Part shown: piece by piece, positions 53,771 to 64,000 of the stretch
Layout: every line of letters starts with the position of its first letter
Numbering within the stretch: position 1 is the first letter of the stretch
NCBI GenBank assembly: GCA_030141605.1
Contig: JAQGDQ010000652.1
Span: 55,077-119,076 of the forward strand
From: Tubiluchus corallicola
Lineage: Eukaryota; Animalia; Priapulida
Direction: 5' to 3'
Length of the DNA stretch: 64,000 nucleotides
Position numbers and translations under genes: made by a program
The notes under the pieces: model-generated
What the model was told of the DNA's origin: nothing
The model's database searches: none
Seen by the model: the letters and a program-made list of their open reading frames with translations, nothing else

Positions 53771-55229
53771 ATCTGCAGAAATAGTTGCTGTTGAGTTCTG
53801 GATTTAGCTTTAGTGTTGAACGAGCATCTCATATTACCCTCGCAGAAACACTGCGTTATGAACGTGTTTATTTTCCCCGATGATACGATGAGCTTCGCGC
53901 ATACATTACCCCATTGACAGGCTCTTCAACTTCTGCCCGCATTTCATTCATCAAAAGAAAGTGAATTAACTTAGCACCCAGCGTAATTACTGACACCACG
54001 TGACCCGTCACTGCGTGCGCACACCGATGTGTAAATTATACACACGCAAATTCTTTTAGACTAATTATTTCGCGACCGGTAAGGCTACTCGGAGCTGGAT
54101 TACGCTAGCAAAGCTTTTTGATTAATGAATTGTTGTTTACATGCTAGAATTTTTGGGCATTCGTGCTGAAGCTAGTTGAACGTGTATGCTTTGCTGATAT
54201 TCTGTATCGCAATATAAATTGCTTAGTTAACAATGCATTGACGTTCGAGTCATTTCAAAAAAAAGTTTAAGGGGATGGTCTAGCAGTACTGTGTAATAAT
54301 TTATCTCTGCCCTCTCCCTTCATGCTGTAATACCTGGCTTTATTAGATTAATCTGGCTATAATATTGGGGAGTTTTTCATAAGTTTAGAGAGTCAGTAAT
54401 TAAGTGTATAATTTCACTATCAAATTAATTATATAAGTACATTATGAAGAATATTAATTACCATTATAATGTTATTTAGTTTTAATGTATTATTTTACTT
54501 ACATTGCTAACTGTAAAATATTCCAATGTATACATGACTTTATATTAAACGCTTCCAGTAGTTTCTATCTGATATAAAATGCATCAGTCTTAAATAATCG
54601 TACATTAATATTTTCTAACCATCATTTTCTACTAGTGTCTAATGTATTCTTGTAGTAAAACTTGTCAGCTTGTGTAGTTATAGTCAATTTTTACTGTAAA
54701 TGTTTTTGTAAATAGTGTATAAAGTCTGTTGTGGTGAGGATCCTAAATCATGTTGTTCAAACTGTCTGATCCAAGCCTAAATAAATTATGTTTAAACTAA
54801 ACTAATGTATTATTTCACAATATAATAAATGAAAACATTAAAGGAAAACCGGATGATTGATTAGACTCAATCTCATTAAAATTTACAGCCCAAAATATAC
54901 ATTTTCTTGCCTATGAAAGTTTGCTATTGCTTTTAATACTAGCATAATTATCTTGGAAAGTTAATTAATGGCAACTGAACACAGCTGTCGCTTACGTCAC
55001 AAACTAACCAAAGTTTGTGCAATGGTGGGCATCTTCCCTGTGCATCAAGCGCATTTGTGTAAGCAAAGATTGCTATAAGACGCTGATGTGATGTCACGAA
55101 AATGAGCTTTGTGTCACACTCACGTCACAGATGAACATTGCAGTTCATGATCATGCTTATCACTGTACCACGCGTATTGTTAATTATAATTTTCTCTTGC
55201 AGTAACGATAGTAAGTTAATTAATTAGCA

Positions 55230-55600
55230 GCCCGTGTTCAGCGATTGATGATGATCGTGATTAGGTCAAAGGTTAACTGCACCAGACAACGCCTTTGGTT
55301 ACACTTGACAATGCCTCGCAGCCCATTCTATTGTAATAGTAACAGTTTTAACAGCTAGCTAGAACCTTACCTAGTTCATTTTTACTTGTTCCAAAGCAAG
55401 ATCCTGCTAGTGCATCACTCTTCTCACAGACTATTGTATAATTAAGTGAAGTCCACGTAAAAATTACTGAACTAATGCAGTGGGCGGCTTTGCTTTCCCG
55501 CTTGTCCCGTGACGATTGTAGTTAAGACACGTTGGTGTGGTACACGTAACATTTGACCTATACCAACTGCGCATGCGTATCGCAAAGCTGTGAAATTGCT
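55230..55600 (-). mobile_element. Second copy of the 20240-20600 repeat
   Basis: ctattgtaatagtaacagttttaacagctagctagaaccttacctagttcatt is the exact reverse complement of ~20437-20488. Confidence 0.6.
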
Positions 55601-56481
55601 TAGTAACAAACTACTAAATGAAACAAATAGTGTTACTAAAAACACCAGAATAAATGGAAAGGGTTATCCTTAAATATTACCATATTTTTTTAATATTAGA
55701 CCTAATTTTTAAAGTGGACCTGTTTGTAGTGCTTCCCCTTTCTAGTCTGTAGGTGTCGCCATGGTACCGGTATACTTTGCTAGCCTTGTTGTTATCGTCG
55801 TAGTCTTACTAAACTGGCTCAGCAGCAAGTGTTTACCTTTAACTGCATTCATGAGTAACTGATGCGTCTGCTTTAATGTGTGTTATTACTACCCAGCAAA
55901 CGTAAGGGCATCATCTCTTCAAAGCGCCCCCCGTGACGGCATCATTTGTTCAAGGCGCCCCCTGTCGTTGCTCTTTTCTTTTCTCTGCATTTTTCTCTGC
56001 ACACGTCTAAAATGACTTGAATTCAGCATCGACGCGGGGTTCATACAACCGTCTTGTTGTTTGGCAGTGCAACAAATTACAGCCGTGAGTTTTCGTGACA
56101 GCTTCCTAGTTCATAGTATAATGAAGTTCTCTTCAAATTCCACGGGGATTTGGCTAGAGAAACTGATGCGGCGTATATCAAACCGGTCTGCTGGTATGAA
56201 TGTCTGTCTTGCCACTGTTATTGCAGTGAGGTTGGTCGTGATGTCAGAAGCGAGTTCGGTTCAGTTGTTTTTCATTTTTAATTCAACATTTTTGAGCTTT
56301 TATTTCGATTCATGTGTGTGGTACACTATAGAGTAGTACGCTTTTGAAATTCGATGACCTTTTATGAAAGAGCTTTTAAAATTTCAACAAAGATATTTTA
56401 ATAGATAAATTACAAAATCTTTTTGTGTTGGAATTCTCTGCCATTGAGTTGCAGCGGCTGAAATTGTTACTGTTTCCTTAA

Positions 56482-57083
56482 AAACAAAACTTGACGCAAT
56501 CTTAAACTGTAGGTCAAAACTATCGGCGTTTTAAAGTATTGAAAAGGAATATACATTTTTTAAAAATGTCTTACGTGAAAGAAATATTACCACACAAACA
56601 CAATTTCACGTTTGTGCCACTAGTTCTTCGCTCTTACATGCATTTCGCCATTTGCTAGTTAGACGGGCACTAGAGCCTGCATTTTAGAAAGTGTTGCACA
56701 AAAACAGGTGCTGTACCTCTCAGTTCAGATGTGTTAGTTTGTGACGAACTACACACGTTCGACAGCTCACACGAGCACAGCGGTGAATATGAAATTTGAA
56801 TTTTTATTTTAAAACTTACCTAGTTTTAGTACAACACACTGAATATCTTACAGTATCACTGTACCTCAATTTTCACTTTCGCAAACACGTGCAACACGCT
56901 AGTGGAATATTTTTGATTTTAAAAATTATGTTAGTTTGTGATGTCATCAATAGTTGGGCTCGCCTGCCGTTAATTCAGTTTTTAATCTATTATTTAATGA
57001 TCAGAAACGCTTTTACAGTATTGTGTTAAAATGTGCACTATTTATCGAACTTGATAGTATATGAAAAATCATCCTGTCTTTCT
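56482..57083 (-). mobile_element. K1 Kolobok-like MITE, full copy
   Basis: TTAA at 56478-56481 and 57084-57087; reverse-complement homolog of 1356-1934. Confidence 0.75.
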
Positions 57084-60000
57084 TTAATATATAATTTAGA
57101 CTTTAGCGAAAAGCAAGCCTCTGGTTCAGTCTCTAGTTGACGCCGCCAAGCGGCGAATTTGAGCAACTCGCTTGCCTTGTAGGGTAGAAAACCAGTATGC
57201 ATTGCGTGTAATGGTAACGCGTTGGTAAACTAGCCGGCCTGTAATTCACTGCTCTGCTTATACGACATAACCGCTTGGCTCGCATGAAAAAGCTTTTCAT
57301 CAAACCCCATTGCCTTTCCTGTAGAACAGGTTTGTAGCATAGAGCCAGGCTATTTCAGTGGCAACCTTTGTACAGCCAACCGAGTGAGTGAGAGAGAGAG
57401 AGAGAAGGGCTTTTATGTGCAAGCAGCGCGCGTAGATCTAGCTGACTGTGGCTAGCATTGGATGTATGCGTTAGTGACAGTAAAAGCTTTGAGGCTAGTA
57501 CAATGGCACTAGGTAATTGACATCAACTAACTATGCCTGGAAAATGAGGAAACGGACGCATGCAGGAGTACGTAGGAATGTAAATTCAAGGTAAATAAGG
57601 GATTTGTGCTTTAATTAGGATGTGATGAGAAGGGGGAAGAATTGATGAAAAGCGGTTTTTCTTTGCTTTCATTTCTAAAGATAGTTTTTTCAGAAAACTT
57701 AATTCTCGGTTTTTTATTAGTAAAACGCGAGTTTGTTACTAATTCATGAGTATTTTATGATTTTGTTTCTTTGTTGTATATCTTTCGTAGAAAATGTACA
57801 ATTCCATCATTTAAATCTAGGAGACATTTGGTGAACTAACCTTGATTAATTAATAGTCGATTAATCTCACTACGAATTAATGTATCTCATTCAGGCAACA
57901 CTGTGATGTACATGTAGTTGTGTTTGTTATAAATTACTGTAGTTTTACGTTTTTATTAACCACGCTTAGAAAGAGTCATGTATTTCTCTGTTCCTGTATG
58001 CATTGTTAGGTTAAGTATGTTCTTTGTTAACTGTAATTGTGTTTGTGTGTGAAATTAGGCGTTTCTGTTTTAGCCTAGAAAAAATATATATATATACCTT
58101 TTTAAAAATTAGTGTTTAAACTAGTATTGTTTAGTAATATAGTAGGCATGCGATTGTTTGTTTTTTGGAGTTTTTTCAAGTTTTTATTATTATCACATTC
58201 AGTTTCAGTTCAATATAATGACATGTAATATATGGTAATATCAAATTTGTTACTTCATATAACATGAATATTATATTATACACTATATTATATAGTATAT
58301 CATACACTATATTATATACTGTTTCATACACCATTGTTATCATAAAAGAATAATTGTACTGCAGTGGGCTAGAGAAGCAAAGGCTTGTATCAACCCACTG
58401 TTGTGTGAATCAGTTAAAAAAGAAATTGATGAGTGAACAAAAAAAGAACAGGGAGAAAGGTTAGATCACACAGGACAGGAAGAATGATGTATTACTGGAA
58501 ATAGTAGGAAGAAAGATAGTAGATTGTGTAATGTTTACATGAGCTTTAAAGATTAATCAATGATGTCTTGTTTTGTATAATCTGTACCAGGATTGTGGCA
58601 TGACTGCTGCAGTAGGTGTAGGATATTAAGAGGTATTGTATTTGTTGAAAATCTTTCCTTTATATTTCTCTTTAAATTTTTGAATTGGCTGAATAGTTTC
58701 ATAAAACAGTGAATTATTTGCCTCTTCAGTCTTTTGACCTACTGTGATAATACATCTTAAACAATCAGCATCTTTAATGTCTCTTTCTTCCAGCATTTTA
58801 AATTGTCTTCTTAGGATGTTTTTACAGTTTTTTTAAATGGCCATATTTTGCTTATTCAAAACATTTTATTTCTCACAATTCAATTCAATTCAATTTATTT
58901 ATCTCTTTATAATACTACAATAAAACCTGATTAATAAAAGAACCTCTAATAAGTTTTGAAGAATGGTTAAAATGTATAGATAGATCTAGAACTAGAGAAA
59001 GGATAGCGAAAAGACAATTCAATTTAATTTCAATTTATTTATCTCTTTATAATACTACAATAAAACATGATTAATAAAAGAATCTCTAATAAGTTTTGAA
59101 GAATGGTTAAAATGTATAGATAGATCTAGAACTAGAGAAAGGATAGCGAAAAGACTATAAAGTCACCTAGTCTGCTATCTTTAAGGGTAAACTGCATATC
59201 ACACTTGCAAAACTAAACTTATTTTGGTTTCAGTAAATTCTCTCTGTCAGTAAGACAATTTCTTCATCAAGGGTTTGCCGTTTAATTTAATTATTCATTG
59301 TGAATGAATAGTAAATATTTCTACTGTAATCATTTTAAAATCATCTTACTTTTAACCTTCGTCATCGTGTTTTAAATTCAAGCAATGAAGTCATACGCAG
59401 TTTGATTCTTAATTCTGATGACACTTCAAATATTTTTGCTCATTGGGAATTTACACTTAATAAACCTTTTTTACATATTTAACGTTGTAATTCTCTGCTA
59501 TTTGTATTTGATTTGTCTTGTAGTAATACTTTAATTGTCATTTTTAACGATTAATTGTGATTAATTCTGATAGTACTACGTGGTACTTTATATGTACTGA
59601 GAAAAATGTAAAACAAAAATGCAAGGATTTTAATCATAAGTTTTTTTTTATAAATTTTATTTCTACCTGCTGTAGTATCATTAATTACTTTTAAAAGCAT
59701 ACGCTGTAGTGTCCAGCCATTTGTGTCTTGGTATTATTGTAATTATAACACAATTTATCAAATCACCTTTCATAATTCCAGCTGAAAATGTTGATTAATT
59801 GTGTAAAAAAACCTGAAAATTACAGTTTTTTTGAGAACTGATTTAATTGGATGAAGTAAGAGACCCCGGTGCTGGATTAGGGTGTGGGCTTTATGGGCTG
59901 CAGCCCTGGAGCCTTCTCCAGCTAGGGGGAGGAATTAAGGTGTGGGCTTTATGGGTTGCAACCCTGGGGCCTTTGCCAGCTGGGGGGAGGGGCTCGAGAA

Positions 60001-60304
60001 ATTAACTTACTGTGAAAAGTAACTACAGAATACAGATGAGTAGAATATACTATATTAAAGAGAAATGTCTCTAGTTTCACTATAAATACATAAATTTACA
60101 GTGGCTTCATAGTGTCCGTTGGCAAATAAAAGTTAATTAATTAATTAGTACTAGTAACAGTATTTAAAATACCAGTAATTTATTTATTGTAATTTGTTAT
60201 TATATTTAATATTTTAAAAACTTATTTTAATTTTGAAAATGACAGAATATCTCTTCCCTTTTTGTTGTATTTGACTTGCACCCATCTGAGTCTAGCGGTG
60301 GCGT

Positions 60305-60690
60305 TATGTTGTAGAAGTTGAGTAAACTGATTTGAAGAATCCAACATTCGCGCTTTTGCTGATTATCACTGTGAGTCTAATGTTGGCATTATGTTGTAGA
60401 AGTTGAGTAAACTGATTTGAAGAATCCAACATTCGCGCTTTTGCTGATTATCACTGTGAGTCTAATGTTGGCATTATGTTGTAGAAGTTGAGTAAAGTGA
60501 TTTGAAGAATCCAATATTCGTGCTTTTGCTATCCAACATTCGTGCTTTTGCTATCCAACATTCACGCTTTTGTTGATTATCACTGTGAGTCTAATGTTGG
60601 CATTATGTTGTAGAAGTTGAGTAACCTGATTTGAACAATCCAACATTCGTGCTTTTGCTATCCAACATTCGTGCTTTTGTTAATTGTCAC
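60305..60690. repeat. Tandem repeat, ~86-bp unit, within a larger (~59866-60755) hAT-like element
   Basis: ttatgttgtagaagttgagtaaactgatttgaagaatccaacattcgcgcttttgc repeated. Confidence 0.8.
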
Positions 60691-60910
60691 TAGGCGTCAT
60701 CGGGGCCTCACAGTATCTGTAGCCGTGGGTCCTACAAAATCAAAATCTAGCCCTAGACAACCTTTGATTGTTTCTGTAATGGCTTGTGCTCTTGTACTTA
60801 TAGTATGGGGCTTGGTATGCAAACGTATCCTAGAAATGATAGTAATTATCAGTAAGATATCATATTAATTGCCTGATTGCTTGGTAGATTGACAGGAGGC
60901 AGCTTCTGGT

Positions 60911-61736
60911 TTAACGGAAATTTGAACCCAATGTTAACCTGTACCTTATAAAGTATTGAAAAGGAACATACTGTTTTTTAGAGTGTCTTACGTGAAAGAA
61001 TTTTTAGCGCAGAATGGTAATATACACAGTTGCGCAATTTTAGTTCTTCGCTGTTACATGCATTTCCCCATTCACTAGTTAGATGGGCAGTAGCGCCTGC
61101 ATCGCCGAAATGCGTTATACAAAAAACTGGTGCTGTACCTCTCAGTTCATAGGTTTTCGCTTATGATGTAGTGCACGTATTCAAGAGTTGTGCATTAGCA
61201 CAGAATTTTGTTAACGTTAGCACTGCAGTAAAATTGGAATTTTAATTTTTAAACTTAAAATTTGGAAAGTTTTTTGTATATCACATTGCACTGTACTTCA
61301 GTTTTTTCTTTCCAAATGTTTGGCTGTTGAAAATTGTGTTCATTTGTGACATCATTAGCTGCGCTTGCCTGTCGTTAATTAAGTCTTTAATTTATTATTC
61401 CCGTTCTCCAGATCTCAGGCGTATAACTTTTGCAAAAACGGCCGAAAATGGCCATTTTTTAAGGTTTTTTGCCATCCCCCCGTTCCTCGCGGTGGGCCCG
61501 ATTTGAAAAATAAACCCCCAATGGCACGACACTAGATCGAGACCTTTCGTTTGATGTATAGATCGCTGCCGTCGTCCGAGCTGTAGGCTCGAATCTTATA
61601 TATATATATATATACCAGTAGAATTAATATATAGATTTAGTTGTCATAAATGCTTTGACGTTATTGTAGGTGTTAAAACTTTTTATCGTACTTCAAAATG
61701 GGGTAGGATGTGAAAAATCGTGCTGTTTTCCTTTAA
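60911..61736 (-). mobile_element. K1 MITE, interrupted by the 61405-61614 element
   Basis: K1 homology at 60911-61390 and terminal piece 61670-61736 ending gtgctgttttcct-ttaa. Confidence 0.6.
61405..61614 (-). mobile_element. (TA)n-associated repeat fragment interrupting a K1 MITE
   Basis: Reverse complement of 19048-19235. Confidence 0.55.
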
Positions 61737-61780
61737 CATGCAAACTTTTTGAAATACCGTGTGCATCAAAAATGTGTTCT
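61600..61780 (+). repeat. Left arm of a near-perfect inverted duplication (partner 63820-64000+)
   Basis: 181 bp visible, one mismatch seen versus the reverse complement of 63820-64000. Confidence 0.95.
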
Positions 61781-63635
61781 TATTGCATTACACATTGTGC
61801 ACGCATGTGTGCACAGAGCTCAGCACGTCCTTATTTTAAGCACACATCGTGCATATCGAAAAGGCCTTATTTTACACACACATAGTGCATATCAAAAGGG
61901 CCTTATTTTACACACACATAGTGCATATCAAAAGGGCCTTATTTTAAGCACAAATCGTGCATATTATGGCCTTATTTTACGCACACGTTGTGGATGTGCA
62001 CACACAGCTCATCACAGTCTTACATCACGCACACATCGTGCATATCATGGCCTTATTTTACGCACACATCGTGCATGTGTGCACGCCAGCAGTTTACGTG
62101 TGCTGGCAACAGCCCGAAGCTGCAGGTTTCCTCTGACATTTTCCAAGCCAACTAGAGAGAGAAGCTTGCATCCCACTCTCTCATTAGCTAGCAGCAGCAT
62201 TAACCGTCCTGGCTTCCCTTCTGTGCATTAGCCCAATGGCTTCGCAAGCCTGCCAGACTGCATTTATCTTGCTTTCCATCCATATAGGCCGGCGCGCAAA
62301 ATGCTACATCAATGTATTATTGAGAAGGTTGCCATGGCGACCAGGAAGCTGCAGTGTTCCTCAGTGACATCAGCCTCAGTTTTAATAAGAGAACATCGTC
62401 AATATTGAGCGGGAGCCGACGCAGCGTGCCAGCTGCAACTGCAGAGAACACTGTATAATGCAGCTTAGTTGAGTATGTAGGAAACTATACATAAAATATC
62501 AGTCATTTAGCTAGAGAATATAAAAAAGAAGAGAAAATGAAAATAAAGAACCGCGTAAAATAAACAGGACAGTGATTTATGCCCAAAAATCCGGGAGATT
62601 TCAAAATAAAAAAGCCTTTCGTAATGTTTAAATAAAACGTCAGCCAACCTAACTTAAAATCACAGAATTCTAACTATAATTACGTTTTAATTGGAAAAAA
62701 ATCGATCAAATTCAGTCATATTTTAGCGCTAGAAAATGTGGCCCAACCGGCCTGAATTAGAAAAGTATTATTCCCTACAGACGGTTGATATTTTAATCAA
62801 CTTTGTTAAACCGTTATGCGATAAATTAAGTTCAACTTAAAATAGATTAAATTCTGATCAATAAAAAAAGAATTTTTGAAAACGAGAACAGGTTTGTACC
62901 AGTGTACAGCTATGAAGAGGATTTCACTGAATATTCATTGCAAAATCAGTGACAAATAATGCTTATTATTCATTAGTACAATCACGTTAATGAATACTTA
63001 TTATTCATTGCTAAAATTATTGACGAATAACGGTAACTTTTTATCAAAATCGTTCTTGTAACTTTGTCTAAACTTATCTACAAAATCATTCATGAATATT
63101 AGTCACCATTCATTTATATAGATAAGTTTAACGATGAACGCTAAGTGACATAATGACATACATGTAATTATATGTATATGTTGCATATATAAATAATGTA
63201 TATATAAAGAATGACTATATATATGTGTATATATATATATATGTGTGTATTTATATATATATATATATATATATAGTCACTCTTTATATATACATTATTT
63301 ATTTGTATATATATATATATATATGTATAACTTAGTAATAACTTACAACTTTTCATGCAAAGATTTGCCGTATTGTTTCCTAGCAACCCGCTGGTTCAAG
63401 TCATAACCTCACCTACCTCATAAGAATTAAGAAATGGTATGTATGTCAAGATTCAGCTTAGTAATAACTTACAACTTTTCATGCAAAGATTTGCCATATT
63501 GTTTCCTAGCAACGCGCCTGTTCAGTTCATAACCTCACCTACCTTATAAGTATTAAGAAATCGTATTTCGTTCCCGAACTGCTTGCACTCGTGCACTTAC
63601 AGATAAAAATGCTCACCAGGTGGTAGCACACTTAC

Positions 63636-63810
63636 CAGTTGTATTAGCTGGACTCATTGAACGTGAGCTGGTGGATCCGACTGGCGACGGAGCAGTTCTC
63701 AGAGCGGACACGGAGGGGTGCATCGCCGTCGACCCACCCTGCGACCCTACACTGGCACGCCCACTGTCATCAGACTGGATATCGTTACTGTTGGACTCAC
63801 CAGGGAGATC
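63636..63810 (-). CDS. ARID1: ARID1/Osa-type exon in inverted orientation: DLPGESNSNDIQSDDSGRASVGSQGGSTAMHPSVSALRTAPSPVGSTSSRSMSPANTT(G)
   Basis: On -: tctttttcag acceptor, gtaagt donor, phase 0/1. PSPVGS..SRS.SPA resembles the ARID1A/Osa segment (recalled ARID1A: DLSGS...[23 protein letters not shown]). Strand is opposite to exons 1-3. Confidence 0.8.
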
Positions 63811-63819
63811 CTGAAAAAG

Positions 63820-64000
63820 AGAACACATTTTTGATGCACACGGTATTTCAAAAAGTTTGCATGTTAAAGGAAAACAGCACGATTTTTCACATCCTACCCC
63901 ATTTTGAAGTACGATAAAAAGTTTTAACACCTACAATAACGTCAAAGCATTTATGACAATTAAATCTATATATTAATTCTACTGGTATATATATATATAT
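63820..64000 (-). repeat. Right arm of the inverted duplication (runs off the window)
   Basis: Reverse complement of 61600-61780. Confidence 0.95.

Noticed and set aside
57530-57596. Possible alternative ARID1 first coding exon (ATG...TCAAG/gtaaat) after a GA-rich tract
   Set aside because: The ATGs either hit stops or end in phase 2, incompatible with the phase-0 next exon; no homology support

Overview
Eukaryotic, AT-rich, repeat-dense invertebrate (metazoan) genomic DNA. It holds three protein genes. (1) An ERM-family (moesin/ezrin/radixin) gene on +, with 13 coding exons from 2756 to the stop at 28398; its first exon(s) lie upstream of the window. (2) An uninterrupted ~802-aa ORF on - (12240-14648), nested in an ERM intron, encoding ~8 ankyrin repeats fused to a Mab-21/cGAS-like nucleotidyltransferase (cGLR) with intact catalytic motifs. 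It lies between two direct-repeat copies of a TIR element, and the whole 4.56-kb unit is bounded by TTAA and imperfect TIRs, so it looks like transposon cargo. (3) The 5' part of an ARID1/Osa (SWI/SNF-BAF subunit) gene on + from 34468. Its next recognisable exon (63636-63810) is on the opposite strand, inside a 2-kb segment bracketed by near-identical inverted repeats, which is either a real inversion or an assembly artefact. The rest is MITEs (hAT-, Kolobok-, piggyBac-, pogo-like), LINE 3' remnants and many tandem repeats. No tRNA, rRNA or CRISPR array is supported.
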